Source of the DNA: SAR324 cluster bacterium
Lineage (GTDB): Bacteria > SAR324 > NAC60-12
Direction: 5' to 3'
Assembly (NCBI GenBank): GCA_015232315.1
Contig: JADFZZ010000006.1
Location: 94,600-158,599 of the forward strand
DNA: 64,000 nt
The position numbers and the translations under genes were made by a program. Positions within the stretch are counted from its first letter, which is position 1; each line of letters opens with the position of its first letter. Below are positions 27,541 to 38,302 of this stretch, piece after piece. The notes beneath the pieces were generated by a model that saw only the letters and a program-made list of their open reading frames with translations, was not told the DNA's origin and made no database searches.

Positions 27541-28305
27541 TCAATGGGTTTGAGCAGAACCTGGATGATTGATCATACTGGCAGCATATCCCGCTCCAAA
27601 TCCATTGTCGATATTAACAACCATGACTCCGGGAGCACAACTGTTCAGCATGGCTAATAATGCGGCAATTCCTCCAGTGCCAGTGCCATATCCAATAGAG
27701 GTTGGAACGGCAATCACTGGACATGAAACCAATCCCCCCACAACACTGGGTAAGGCTCCATCCATTCCAGCAACCACAATAATTACCTTTGCCTGATTTA
27801 TAAAATGCATCTGGTCAATCAGGCGATGAATTCCTGCGACACCAACATCAGCGATGATCTCAGTTTTATTTCCCATGATTCGGGCCGTTTCAAGAGCCTC
27901 TTCAGCTACTGGTAAATCAGAAGTTCCGGCTGTTAAAATCAGAATATTTCCGTGGTTAGATTCATGACGACCTTGTATCAGCGATAATGTTTGGGCAACA
28001 GAATTATAGTGTCCTGAAATATTCTGCTTTTTGAGATTCTCCCATTTTTCAGGGGCTAACCGGGTGACAAGCACTTTCATATGAACAGCGCAATGGGCCT
28101 TCAAAATTTTCGTAAGTTGATCGACAGTTTTGTCTTTGGCATAAATCACTTCGGGAAAACCTTTCCGCAGTTCACGCCCATGGTCCAGTTTTGCAAATCC
28201 CAGGTTTTGGTAGCTCATAGACTGGACCTTGTCTAACGCGTCAACAGGCTCGATTTGCTGGTGTTTTATGGCTTCAAAAAGTTCTAGCCAGGATGTTTGC
28301 TTCAT
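27541..28305 (-). CDS. LarB-like / PurE-fold (AIR carboxylase-like) protein
   Basis: C-terminal PurE-like segment ILILTAGTSDLPVAEEALETARIMGNKTEIIADVGVAGIHRL and glycine-rich GYGTGTGGIAALLAMLNSCAPGVMVVNIDNGFGAG, with an ~100-aa N-terminal extension as in LarB proteins. No larA/larC/larE are nearby. Confidence 0.55.
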   Translation of the reverse strand: MKQTSWLELFEAIKHQQIEPVDALDKVQSMSYQNLGFAKLDHGRELRKGFPEVIYAKDKTVDQLTKILKAHCAVHMKVLVTRLAPEKWENLKKQNISGHYNSVAQTLSLIQGRHESNHGNILILTAGTSDLPVAEEALETARIMGNKTEIIADVGVAGIHRLIDQMHFINQAKVIIVVAGMDGALPSVVGGLVSCPVIAVPTSIGYGTGTGGIAALLAMLNSCAPGVMVVNIDNGFGAGYAASMINHPGSAQTH

Positions 28306-28308
28306 ACC

Positions 28309-29310
28309 TTAAATTGTTTGAGAAATTTCATGTTCCATTTCAGCAATAAACTCCAAATCTTCAGGTTTCGGATGGTGTCGCCAACGTCGATGAAACCAGG
28401 CCCATTGAGATGGATTTTTTTTGATTAAAGATTCCATGTGCTGATTTAATTTATAAGTTAATTGATAAATATTGGATTTTTGTGGAGAACGGATCACCGG
28501 GATACGGCCATAACGTTCAAAATGCAGATGAAAGGTCCCATCAGGTTGCCGTAAAATGGTGTAACTCACTATCACAGAACCATATCTGAGTGCGAGGGAC
28601 GAGACACTGATCGGTGTTTGCGCAGGTCGTCCAAAAAAAGGAATAAACATGCTGGGAACATTGGTGTCCTGATCAATGGCAACCAGAAAAATTTCTTTGT
28701 TTTTAAAACATTCCAGAATGGATTTGATGGTATTGTCAGCCCCCCGTGGAATCAATTGGATATTTTGCCTTCCTCTTGATTGCTGGAGTTTTGTGTTGAT
28801 CCGTTCATCCGGATAATTGGTAGTGGCCGCTTTGGCGGGGTATCCCTTCTGGATCAGATAGGGAACAATCAACTCCCAGTTGCCCATATGCATGGCAAGC
28901 AATACAACCCCCTGTTGTTCTGCATAGGCCTGATCCAGAACTTCAGGATTATCCACATGAATGTATTGATCAACTTTGTGAATCAATTGTTCAATAGCAA
29001 AAAACTCCAGCATGCCCTGCCCAAAATGCATAAAGCAATCTTTGGTGCATTGTCGGATCTGTTCGCTCGAGAGTTCCGGGAAAACCAGAGAAAGTTGTTT
29101 CTCAGCAATTCCACGATCTTTTTTGAGCAGAATGAAAGCCAACAAACCAATTATTTTCCCGGCTTTCTGGAGTGTTTTCAGTGAATATGTATTTCCGATT
29201 TTTTCAAAAAAACAAAAAAAGGCGAATTCAATATTTCTGCGGAACCGCAAAGTCCATTTGGGACGCTTCTTTTTGAACTGTTCATAGGAAACAGGGTTTG
29301 TTTCTGTCAT
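28309..29310 (-). CDS. Lipid A biosynthesis lauroyl/myristoyl acyltransferase family (LpxL/HtrB-like)
   Basis: 333 aa with N-terminal membrane anchor and the LpxL-family HMGNWE (HX4E-like) catalytic motif in LLAMHMGNWELIVP. Confidence 0.65.
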   Translation of the reverse strand: MTETNPVSYEQFKKKRPKWTLRFRRNIEFAFFCFFEKIGNTYSLKTLQKAGKIIGLLAFILLKKDRGIAEKQLSLVFPELSSEQIRQCTKDCFMHFGQGMLEFFAIEQLIHKVDQYIHVDNPEVLDQAYAEQQGVVLLAMHMGNWELIVPYLIQKGYPAKAATTNYPDERINTKLQQSRGRQNIQLIPRGADNTIKSILECFKNKEIFLVAIDQDTNVPSMFIPFFGRPAQTPISVSSLALRYGSVIVSYTILRQPDGTFHLHFERYGRIPVIRSPQKSNIYQLTYKLNQHMESLIKKNPSQWAWFHRRWRHHPKPEDLEFIAEMEHEISQTI

Positions 29311-29317
29311 TGCAATA

Positions 29318-30700
29318 TCAGACCTTCAGTGTTTGAAGAATAAACGCTTTGATGGCGGATGCTTTCGCTGGCAATACACTAACCCTGGATTCCTTGTCAG
29401 TTAATTCTGCTAAAGATTCAGGCAGTTCAGGATTTTTTCCGATAGCTTGTGTGACAGCATCTCCAAATTTTGCAGGATGTGCTGTTGCCAGACAAATGAC
29501 AGGTCCTGATAACTGTATTTTTTTAGCGGCACAAATGCCTACGGCTGTGTGTGGGTCAACCAAATATTGATGGATTGAATATTCCTGTTTGATGGTTTCC
29601 AATGTTTCTATCTGACTGGCTCGTTCAGCAGTCATTTCATTGTTTGCTTTTTTGAGCCATGAGTCATCCAGCGTTAGTTTTCCAGTATCATGAAATGTGT
29701 TCATCCATGAATTCAATTGTTTGGAAGAGTTATTGCCCAGGTAATACAAGAATCTTTCAAAGTTGCTGGATATTTGAATATCCATAGAGGGACTCCAGGT
29801 TGGAACAACTGTGTCCGTATGATATTTTCCGGTGGTGAAAAGACGGTATAAAATATCATTCTGATTGGTTGCGACAATCAGTTTGTCAATGGGGAGGCCC
29901 ATTTTTTTTGCATAAAATCCTGCAAGAACATCACCAAAATTTCCTGTGGGGACAGAAAAATTAACAGGATCTCCGACGCGAGGCACTACTCGAAAATAAG
30001 CATAAAAATAATAAACAATTTGAGCCAGGATCCTGGCCCAGTTGATGGAATTGACCGCACCAAGATGATACGTTTGTTTGAAATCCTGATCATTGAACAA
30101 TGTTTTAACAATGTTTTGTGCGTCATCGAAAGTGCCTTCAACAGCAATATTGTGAATATTTTTATCCAGGACAGTTGTCATCTGTTTTTCCTGAATCAGA
30201 CTCACTCTTCCTTGGGGATGAAGCATGAAGACTTCAATATTTTTTTTACCTCTTAAGCCGTAAATGGCCGCACTGCCAGTGTCGCCAGAGGTCGCACCAA
30301 GGACCGTCAGTTGATGGGCTCGTTTTTCCAGAAAATATTCAAACAGGTTGCCTAAAAATTGTAAGGCAACGTCTTTGAACGCAAAGGTGGGGCCATGAAA
30401 CAATTCCAGAATCCATAGTGAGCCTGACTGCCGAACGGGTGTGATCTCAGCGTGGCGGAAAGACTGATAACTTTTCTGGATCATGAGCTTGAGTGTTGCT
30501 GAATCAATTTCATCTTCGATAAACATGCCAAGAATTTTGTGGCTTAATTCGGCAAAAGAAAGTGACTTGAGTGCTTGGAGTTGATCAACAAATGGAATTT
30601 CAGATGGAATGATAAGTCCACCATCATCCGCCAGACCTGTCATTACGGCATCTTCAAAAGATAAATTCTTTACCTGACCACGAGTGCTTAGATATTTCAT
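29318..30700 (-). CDS. thrC: Threonine synthase (long form)
   Basis: PLP-lysine motif FHGPTFAFKDVALQFLGN characteristic of ThrC. 460 aa. Confidence 0.85.
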   Translation of the reverse strand: MKYLSTRGQVKNLSFEDAVMTGLADDGGLIIPSEIPFVDQLQALKSLSFAELSHKILGMFIEDEIDSATLKLMIQKSYQSFRHAEITPVRQSGSLWILELFHGPTFAFKDVALQFLGNLFEYFLEKRAHQLTVLGATSGDTGSAAIYGLRGKKNIEVFMLHPQGRVSLIQEKQMTTVLDKNIHNIAVEGTFDDAQNIVKTLFNDQDFKQTYHLGAVNSINWARILAQIVYYFYAYFRVVPRVGDPVNFSVPTGNFGDVLAGFYAKKMGLPIDKLIVATNQNDILYRLFTTGKYHTDTVVPTWSPSMDIQISSNFERFLYYLGNNSSKQLNSWMNTFHDTGKLTLDDSWLKKANNEMTAERASQIETLETIKQEYSIHQYLVDPHTAVGICAAKKIQLSGPVICLATAHPAKFGDAVTQAIGKNPELPESLAELTDKESRVSVLPAKASAIKAFILQTLKV

Positions 30701-30876
30701 TTGCTCCTTTTATCAAAAAGATGATCAATGAATCAAAACGGTTTGTTGTTAACCAGAGCGTTGGGAAAAGTCCAGTTCAACCCTGATATTCATGGGAGAA
30801 GGTACGTAAATAGCCTTGAAACATCTCTGAGGATACCTATGATTTATCAAAATATTGACGTATTATCGGAGATTAC

Positions 30877-31434
30877 ATGCAATTTAGTTCATTAATATTA
30901 AAACTCTTTTTGCTGATTATCGGAGTAGTCGGTGCTGTCAGTGGCACCTATGCGGCATTTCCTGTAATGCCAGAAATTCAGGCCTACCACAGTTGGGGAA
31001 CTCGAAACAGCAATTACAGTTCAATCGCGGCTGGAATATCGCTTTTTTTATCAACAAATTATGCTTCGGCAGACCGAACACTCCATATTCTGAAAATTAC
31101 AGTTCCTGCTGACGTAGCGGATGTGAATATGAGGGTTGGCGGCTGGTTTATGGATTCTGAAGGCAATGGCGTTGAACTTGGAATACATGACCAATGGCAC
31201 AAATCGGGTGAAACACGTGGTGCATCTCTTTCTCTCAGGCACATTCGCTGGGACAAAACCCATATAGGTGCATCACCCCTGGGAAAAACAACGGCAAACA
31301 TGATTCATCTGGGATGGAGTTCAGGAAAGACAGTCATGAGTTTTCTGTTTGGAATTGATTTTGTCTCAATCAATACGCCCAACGATTCGTTTGCGGAAGC
31401 TCAATTTATGGCAGGAGCCCGAACCGCCTTTTGA
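30877..31434 (+). CDS. Small secreted protein, possible 8-strand outer-membrane beta-barrel
   Basis: Signal peptide (LILKLFLLIIGVVGAVSGTYAA), alternating hydrophobic pattern, C-terminal ...ARTAF ending in Phe. Weak. Confidence 0.35.
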   Translation: MQFSSLILKLFLLIIGVVGAVSGTYAAFPVMPEIQAYHSWGTRNSNYSSIAAGISLFLSTNYASADRTLHILKITVPADVADVNMRVGGWFMDSEGNGVELGIHDQWHKSGETRGASLSLRHIRWDKTHIGASPLGKTTANMIHLGWSSGKTVMSFLFGIDFVSINTPNDSFAEAQFMAGARTAF

Positions 31435-33858
31435 TCACGGAATAAACGGTACAAAGGATTTGAGTCTCGCTTGTTCATCTTTACTCAAAATATGATCTGA
31501 TCGTAAAACATCAATTATTTTTTCATGCTCTCTGTGTCCCATTACATCCACTCCATCATATCCAAGCATCACTCGTATTAATCGTCGGTAAATATTTTTA
31601 GGGGTTTCAAGCATTCTTTGCGTGAACCGGATGAAGGGTTCGGCGTTTCTTGGAATATCAAAAGATTGATTTGAATCATCAAAATGATATTTTTGTCCAT
31701 GAGAATCAAAATATCCATAGGGCATGAATTTCATTTGTAAAAAGTTCATGATAAGATCTCTGGCATCCTGACTGCTAAGAACTTCCTCGAGATAATCCTG
31801 TTCTGATTCTGTGGAGTTAGGATCAAATGCTGATTCCAAGCGTTCCATATAGTCAACCACAACATGGGGTTGTTCAAGAACTTTCAATAACGCCAGCGAG
31901 CGTTCTGAGCCTATCTTGGAGCATGCATCTTTAAGCCGACGCATCACATCGGAGATAAAGGGTTCAAAGCTTGCGCCTGTTGTTTTCTTTGTTAATTCAA
32001 CAATTGATGGTGAGGCGAAAGCGTCTTGGACAACGGCGGTCTGTGCGGCCGCGACCTGTTTTTGTGAGGATTCAAATGCTGCGGCGAGTTTAGTTTTTTC
32101 CTGTAACTCATTCAATCGGAGACTTATCTGATCCTGGATTTGTGACATTTGCGTGTGTAATTCTTCACAAAACATTTTTTCTTTTTTTGAATTATCCAAC
32201 AAAACATTATCAATAAACCAATCAAGATCAGAGGCCATGTTGCTAATTTTTTTAAGCAAAGGATCTGGTGCAGTGGAGTGTTCTTTCAAAATTTGGCTGA
32301 CAGATTCAATAAATAGAGATGGTGTGCTGGTTGATTTATAGCATGCCAGGACTTTCTGATAGACAATAAAAATAGTTTTGATGGCTTCAGTCATCAAGGA
32401 AAAGCTACTGGTAACATTTCCGAGTGCGATGCAGGCAGAAGTGAGTTCTGCCTGATCTTCGTAAGCTTCTCGAAGTAATTTTCTGCTGGTGGTGGGTGAC
32501 AGGGACATGATATTGTCCAGATTTTTGATGGTACCAATAATTTTTTCATCATAATGGTTAATATCTTCACCTGCCTGCTCCAGAATTTTCAAATCATTGA
32601 GGAGTCCATTCTCAATATTTTTCTGGAACAGACCTGCCTGACAAATCACTTGTTGCAATTTTTGAATGTGTTCTTTTCTTGAATCAAAAACATTCAGACT
32701 TTTTCTGAGCAGTCCATGGATGACTGTAAGTGCCTTATTTAAAAAATCGGGTAACAATTGAGACGTCGTGGAAAGTTGATACACTTTTCCGAAAGATATG
32801 GACAAATTGTGAAGCAGTAACGCCATTTTCCTTAAATCATTGTCCATCGAAGAGAGTGTTAAAACAAAAAATTGCAAAAGTTTCATCTCTCTAGTAACTT
32901 GTCGTAAAAATTGCTCGACAACCGATTCTGGTTCTTTTGAACGGGCTTGGGATAATTCAACCAGAATATCTGAACGTTCACGAAGAAATCTCACGGACTC
33001 CAGTGGAATATAATATTCACGGAAACGGATCCATAGTTCTTCCAAGGTTTCTTTTTTGAGATGAATGCTATGCCGCAGTAAAGAATTAGATGATTCTGAT
33101 TCATAGGTGCTGATTTTTAATTCAAGCTTGCCAAGAGTCATAAAAACATCAGAAACATTGGTTGGTACAATTTCTTGTGCAGATTGTTGTTTTAATACTC
33201 CTGAAAAATATTGTTGCTGTATCCTGGTCAGAGTTTGAACTTCCTTGAAGTATTTCTGGATATTTTGCAAATCGTTCAATGAAAATGTGTAATTACTTTT
33301 GCTCCATTGGGTTTGCTTCATGAGTTGACTGCAAAGCTGTTGAATGCTGTTACATAAACCCAGTATGGTCGTCTTTTGGGCAATCGTGATGCTCACAGGA
33401 AGTGAAAGATAGGTAAACAGGTTTTTTCGCTCAAGATTATCTTTTATGATCTGGGCTTCCTGACCCGATTGTTTAATTTTTTGTAAAATACTGATTCCTT
33501 CTGGAAAAACATGGCTGATTCCGTATTCGACATGAAAATTAATGCTGTATATCAGATTTTCGATATTTTTTATCAACGATAAAAAAAAATCTGATTGAAG
33601 CTCAAAATGTCGTGGAGTTCGACATTTTTCGTTGATTTCATTCATGAGTTTATTGATCTGATCCAATGCCATTGCAATGTGTGTCTGGTCATCTTGATGC
33701 AAGACACACAAAGTTGGTTCCAGAATGTTTTTTACAAAGTTATTGATTTCAAGAACTTGATGTTGCGCTTGTTGAATGGGAAAGATTGTCTGTTTATTTT
33801 CTCTGATAACAGACTGCATATTTTTTAAACGATTCAAGACTTCAAAATTATCAGACAC
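31435..33858 (-). CDS. Large (807 aa) all-alpha-helical hypothetical protein, no signal peptide
   Basis: Long uninterrupted ORF rich in L/Q/K/E/S with coiled-coil/helical-repeat character. No recognisable enzymatic motif. Its stop abuts (1 nt) the convergent small barrel gene. Confidence 0.5.
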   Translation of the reverse strand: MSDNFEVLNRLKNMQSVIRENKQTIFPIQQAQHQVLEINNFVKNILEPTLCVLHQDDQTHIAMALDQINKLMNEINEKCRTPRHFELQSDFFLSLIKNIENLIYSINFHVEYGISHVFPEGISILQKIKQSGQEAQIIKDNLERKNLFTYLSLPVSITIAQKTTILGLCNSIQQLCSQLMKQTQWSKSNYTFSLNDLQNIQKYFKEVQTLTRIQQQYFSGVLKQQSAQEIVPTNVSDVFMTLGKLELKISTYESESSNSLLRHSIHLKKETLEELWIRFREYYIPLESVRFLRERSDILVELSQARSKEPESVVEQFLRQVTREMKLLQFFVLTLSSMDNDLRKMALLLHNLSISFGKVYQLSTTSQLLPDFLNKALTVIHGLLRKSLNVFDSRKEHIQKLQQVICQAGLFQKNIENGLLNDLKILEQAGEDINHYDEKIIGTIKNLDNIMSLSPTTSRKLLREAYEDQAELTSACIALGNVTSSFSLMTEAIKTIFIVYQKVLACYKSTSTPSLFIESVSQILKEHSTAPDPLLKKISNMASDLDWFIDNVLLDNSKKEKMFCEELHTQMSQIQDQISLRLNELQEKTKLAAAFESSQKQVAAAQTAVVQDAFASPSIVELTKKTTGASFEPFISDVMRRLKDACSKIGSERSLALLKVLEQPHVVVDYMERLESAFDPNSTESEQDYLEEVLSSQDARDLIMNFLQMKFMPYGYFDSHGQKYHFDDSNQSFDIPRNAEPFIRFTQRMLETPKNIYRRLIRVMLGYDGVDVMGHREHEKIIDVLRSDHILSKDEQARLKSFVPFIP

Positions 33859-33916
33859 AATCCCTCTTTTTATATATTTTGATCAATCCAGCCTTTAAGA
33901 GCATGGAGACTATTGT

Positions 33917-35869
33917 ATGAAGACCTTATTAGATAATCTGACAACTCCCCAGGAAATTCAACAATTTACTATTGATGAACTGGAACAGTTGGCTTACGAA
34001 TGTCGACAACGTATCGTGGAAGTTACCAGTAAACAAGGCGGACATCTGGCATCATCCCTAGGCGCACTTGAAATTACGGTTGCCTTGTTCAAATTGTTTG
34101 ATTTTAGATTCGACCGTGTTGTCTGGGATGTTGGACATCAAGCCTATGCACATAAATTATTAACAGGCAGGCATAAAAATTTTGATAGCCTTACTCAAAA
34201 AGGAGGTATCAAAAAATTTCTATCTTCTCAAGAAAGTCCTTATGATCATTTTGGAGCCGGGCATGCTTCCACCTCGATTTCAGCCGCCTTAGGCATGGCG
34301 ATTGGTCGGGATCTGAAAAACGAAAAACATCATGTAATCGCAATAATCGGGGATGGTTCATTAACTGGCGGATTAGCCTTTGAAGCCTTGAATCATAACG
34401 GCTATCTCGGAAAAAACCTCATCATTATTATCAATGACAATGGTATCAGTATTGACCCAAATGTTGGAGCGCTTTCCAAAGTGATTACCAATCTGACCTC
34501 ATCACATCCTTATAATAATTTTCGTAACACCGTTTGGGAGTTTACAGGCAAGATTCCCTTTTCAGGAATTGTTCGGGGAGGATTGCATAAGTTTATAGCC
34601 TCATTAAAAACATTTTTAACGCCAGGTACTTTATTTGAACAATTGGGGTGGCGGTATTTTGGTCCGGTTGATGGACATAACCTGCATGATCTGCTTGAAA
34701 TACTGTCCAGGGCTAAAGAATTGGAAGGTCCGATTGTGATTCATGTGCTCACAAAAAAAGGAAAAGGGTATCTGTTTTCTGAACAGGATGCGTATAAGTA
34801 TCATGGTGTGACTCCGTTTGTACCTGAGAGTGGAGAGTTTATAAAGAAAGCCACTGCGAATACCAGTGAAAAAAGCTATACGGAAATATTTGCTCAAAAA
34901 CTGGATGAGATCATGGCGGAAGATGAACTGGTTGTTGCAATCAGTGCCGCAATGATGAGCGGGACTGGTATTAGAGGTCTCCAGGAAAAATATCCTGACC
35001 GAATTTTGGATGTCGGCATTGCTGAAGGTCATGCCGTGACCTCTGCCGCAGGAATGGCTACAAAGGGCATCAAACCTTTTGTGACGATTTATTCAACTTT
35101 TTTGCAACGGGCCTTTGATCATATCATTCATGATGTAGCCCTTCAGCAGTTACCTGTCAAATTCATGCTTGATCGCGCAGGACTGGTAGGCGCGGATGGT
35201 CCGACTCATCATGGGGTGTATGATTTGACATATTTACGCATGATGCCTTCCATGGTGATTATGGTTCCCAAAAATGGTGCTGAACTGCGTTTGATGATCG
35301 ATTTTGCTTATCATTATTCACAGGGACCGATCGCATTGAGATACCCTAGAGGTAGTTCTGATGAACTGGATGAAAGTCTATGCGCCCCCATTGAACTGGG
35401 ATGTTCGGAAATCATTAAGCAGGGATCCGATATTGCAATTTTTGCAGCGGGTACAATGGTTCAGAATGCCATAGATGTTGCTCAACTTTTGGAGGAACAA
35501 GGATATATGGCCGCAGTCATCAACATCCGTTTTGTGAAACCTCTGGATGTGAATATGGTCAAAAAATTTGCCTCAGAAACAAAACTGGTTGTGAGCCTGG
35601 AAGAAAATTCTGCAATTGGTGGGATGGGAAGCGCGATTCTGGAATGTTTGTCAGAAAACAATATATTGGTTGATTCTCTGGTTTTAGGCGTGCCAGACAA
35701 TTTTATCAGTCAGGGAACACAATCTCAGCAAAGAGAAGAGTGTGGCCTTGATGTTGCGAATATTTTGTCATCAATTCTTGGTAAAATCGAGCACTCGGCA
35801 AAATTTGAAAAGAAAAAGACCAAACCTCTAAAAAAAACTATGATTGTTCATGATCCGATTTTGAATTGA
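33917..35869 (+). CDS. dxs: 1-deoxy-D-xylulose-5-phosphate synthase
   Basis: TPP-binding GDG motif region [37 protein letters not shown] and the transketolase-like C-terminus. 650 aa. Confidence 0.9.
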   Translation: MKTLLDNLTTPQEIQQFTIDELEQLAYECRQRIVEVTSKQGGHLASSLGALEITVALFKLFDFRFDRVVWDVGHQAYAHKLLTGRHKNFDSLTQKGGIKKFLSSQESPYDHFGAGHASTSISAALGMAIGRDLKNEKHHVIAIIGDGSLTGGLAFEALNHNGYLGKNLIIIINDNGISIDPNVGALSKVITNLTSSHPYNNFRNTVWEFTGKIPFSGIVRGGLHKFIASLKTFLTPGTLFEQLGWRYFGPVDGHNLHDLLEILSRAKELEGPIVIHVLTKKGKGYLFSEQDAYKYHGVTPFVPESGEFIKKATANTSEKSYTEIFAQKLDEIMAEDELVVAISAAMMSGTGIRGLQEKYPDRILDVGIAEGHAVTSAAGMATKGIKPFVTIYSTFLQRAFDHIIHDVALQQLPVKFMLDRAGLVGADGPTHHGVYDLTYLRMMPSMVIMVPKNGAELRLMIDFAYHYSQGPIALRYPRGSSDELDESLCAPIELGCSEIIKQGSDIAIFAAGTMVQNAIDVAQLLEEQGYMAAVINIRFVKPLDVNMVKKFASETKLVVSLEENSAIGGMGSAILECLSENNILVDSLVLGVPDNFISQGTQSQQREECGLDVANILSSILGKIEHSAKFEKKKTKPLKKTMIVHDPILN

Positions 35870-37524
35870 GAAACAGATGATATCAGCGCACTTGTGTTTT
35901 CCTGTAATCCCTGAACAGAAAGATCTTGTGCTTCAACAATGGCTTTAATGTCTTTAGTAGAGCTTGCGTTAGTGGAGGACAATTTTCTCAATAAAGTGAT
36001 TTCATTGAAGGTTTCATGCACCAGTGTGCTTTGTTCTTTGGCCGCTTGGGTGATTTGAGCCACACTTTCAGTGGACGCATGTACCAGTTCACTCACTTCA
36101 TTGAGTATGCTTTGGACATTTTTGACAGCCTCATCGCCATCATGCACCCTGTCGACACTTTCTGTAATTAATCCCTGAATATTTACAGTGGCGTTGGTTG
36201 AACGTTCAGCCAGTTCTCTCACATGCTGAGCCACAACAGCAAATCCCTTTCCATGTTCGCCTGCCTTGGCCGCTTCAATAGCCGCATTCAATGATAACAG
36301 ATTTGTCTGTTTGGCGATGCCACGGATATCACCAAGAATCCCACCGATTTTTTTAGTACTGTCATTGATTCTGTGCATGCTCTCAACCATGTTATTCATG
36401 CTCTCAACACCAGTTCCCACAAGATCTTCCATTTCTCTGGAGCGCCGAGAAGTCACCGCCGCGTTTTCAGCAATTGCTGCACTGGCAATATCTAGTTGTG
36501 TAATTTGCTGGTTGACACGTTCTGTACTTTGATCCGAACTATCAAGGCTTGCTGCAATTTCCTGTGTGGAGACAAGCATACGGTTGGATGACTGGACAAG
36601 GTCTGTGGTTGATCGGTTAACCATGGATGTAATTTCAGCAATGGCTCTGACAATATCATATACCTGACGAAGAAATCGATTCAGATAGACGCTGATATTT
36701 CCTATTTCATCCCGTGTTTCGACATAAAGCCTTCTGGTCAGGTCTCCCTCACCTGAGGATATTCCGGATAAAGCCCGGGAAAGTTGTTGAACAGGAATAA
36801 TCAACATTTTGAGTGTTTCATACAGACAATAGGAGAATACGGACATCAACATGGCAAATGCGCAAAAAAGACGCATGAAAATCAATTGGGCAGAATTATC
36901 TGAAATGCTGACAAGATATGCGGCATCAATCATGTAAAGAATGGAGAATCCTAACGGTAGAATCGTGTTTAAAACCATTCGTTTCGTTAACGAACCATAG
37001 TTGATTTCTGTATACTGCCGAACCATTTTTTCAACATTGACGTACCCTAAAAGAATCATGAAGTATGTAAGCGTTACCATATGAGCCGGAACAGAGAAGG
37101 CTATTTCAATGGTGAGCAGACCTCTGAGTTGTAAGAGTCCTACCATTGTGATAATGCCCATAACCAGGAATATGCTCACCGTTTTTACAACTTTTGAAGG
37201 AACTTGATAAATGTTTTCAGGAGTCAACTTACGGAACACCGCAAAATACAGAACAATATTCATAAGTAAAATCATGGTGGGGCCTGAAAAAAACCATGCG
37301 CTCCACAAAGATTGGGTATCAGGACCAAAAAAATCACCACGTAAAAAGGCGGCCAGAATTTTTTGTGAGAGCGCAAAACTGGAAAGCGTTCCAAACACCG
37401 GCATCACATACACGGTACCAATAAAAAATTTCCATTGGATCGCAGATGCCAGTTCGTATTTTCTTCTCGAAAAAAACCAGGCACCCATGGCCAGGGTTAA
37501 AAATAGAATGATTAAATGCTTCAT
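35848..37524 (-). CDS. Methyl-accepting chemotaxis protein (two TM helices, HAMP, MCP signalling domain)
   Basis: Highly conserved MCP signalling core [34 protein letters not shown]. Convergent with dxs and overlaps it by ~22 nt. Confidence 0.85.
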   Translation of the reverse strand: MKHLIILFLTLAMGAWFFSRRKYELASAIQWKFFIGTVYVMPVFGTLSSFALSQKILAAFLRGDFFGPDTQSLWSAWFFSGPTMILLMNIVLYFAVFRKLTPENIYQVPSKVVKTVSIFLVMGIITMVGLLQLRGLLTIEIAFSVPAHMVTLTYFMILLGYVNVEKMVRQYTEINYGSLTKRMVLNTILPLGFSILYMIDAAYLVSISDNSAQLIFMRLFCAFAMLMSVFSYCLYETLKMLIIPVQQLSRALSGISSGEGDLTRRLYVETRDEIGNISVYLNRFLRQVYDIVRAIAEITSMVNRSTTDLVQSSNRMLVSTQEIAASLDSSDQSTERVNQQITQLDIASAAIAENAAVTSRRSREMEDLVGTGVESMNNMVESMHRINDSTKKIGGILGDIRGIAKQTNLLSLNAAIEAAKAGEHGKGFAVVAQHVRELAERSTNATVNIQGLITESVDRVHDGDEAVKNVQSILNEVSELVHASTESVAQITQAAKEQSTLVHETFNEITLLRKLSSTNASSTKDIKAIVEAQDLSVQGLQENTSALISSVSQFKIGS

Positions 37525-37792
37525 AGCAGGACTCCTGTTTCCTGGAGATAGTTAGTCAATTTACTGTTGTGTGATGTTCTTCAAATCGCATACCAAATTC
37601 TATCAATTCCCACAACTGATTTGCCAGAATAAAATCAGAATTATTGTTTATTTCATGAAAATGCTCTGAATCAGTATCATCCCAATAAATGCGCTTGAAA
37701 TGTTATTCTCTTATCTTTATGGTGCGCCAAGCCAAAGCTGACTGCTGGTTAGCTTGGGGTTTGGGCTGATACTTACTTGACGTTCCTTCATG

Positions 37793-37819
37793 CGATTTTC
37801 CTTGCCTGAAGGGAAATCG
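37793..37819. other. Strong hairpin inside a 400-nt intergenic region (candidate structured-RNA element)
   Basis: cgattttcctt / gcctg / aagggaaatcg forms an 11-bp stem with one mismatch and a 5-nt loop. No T-run follows on either strand, so it is not a canonical intrinsic terminator. Confidence 0.25.
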
Positions 37820-37926
37820 ACAGAGTAAACAGCTTGCATTTCCTGGCCGGGGCAGACGCAGGTCAATTTAACCAGATTTCTCCGAAGCTCCATTATTTTT
37901 TTAATTCTTAGCAAGGGAATATCGCT

Positions 37927-38250
37927 ATGTCGAACGATTTATTGGCAAAATTGGGAGAAAAAGTACAAAACGCTGTTGCAACCATTGAACAATTGAAATC
38001 AGAAATTGATGAATTGCGAGAGCGAAATAGTCAATTAGAAGCAGAAAAAGAAGAATGGGATAATAAGTTATCCGCTTTACTGGATCAGTTCGACAATCTG
38101 GATACTGACGAAGAAGAGTACGAAGAAGACGAAGAGGAAGAGTACGAAGAAGATGAAGATGACGAGGAATACGAGGGGGAAGAGGACGAGGAGGAGATCC
38201 TGGAAGAAGAGGATTCCGCAGAAGACACATATACCGAACGCTCAGCCTGA
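37927..38250 (+). CDS. zapB: ZapB-like coiled-coil cell-division protein with a poly-acidic C-terminal tail
   Basis: The N-terminal 60 aa (LAKLGEKVQNAVATIEQLKSEIDELRERNSQLEAEKEEWDNKLSALL) follow the same heptad pattern as E. coli ZapB ([29 protein letters not shown]...W...LQALL). C-terminal 45 aa are almost entirely D/E/Y (EEYEEDEEEEYEEDEDDEEYEGEEDEEE). Confidence 0.5.
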   Translation: MSNDLLAKLGEKVQNAVATIEQLKSEIDELRERNSQLEAEKEEWDNKLSALLDQFDNLDTDEEEYEEDEEEEYEEDEDDEEYEGEEDEEEILEEEDSAEDTYTERSA

Positions 38251-38302
38251 GAAATGCTATAAAAAAATTACTTTCTCTGGATTGATGTAAGGAAAAATAG
38301 AG

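Noticed and set aside
27541-28305. Alternative call of this ORF as classical PurE (N5-CAIR mutase)
   Set aside because: PurE is ~160-170 aa. This protein has a ~100-aa N-terminal extension typical of LarB-like proteins, so I kept the LarB-like/PurE-fold call, but it remains unresolved without a profile search.
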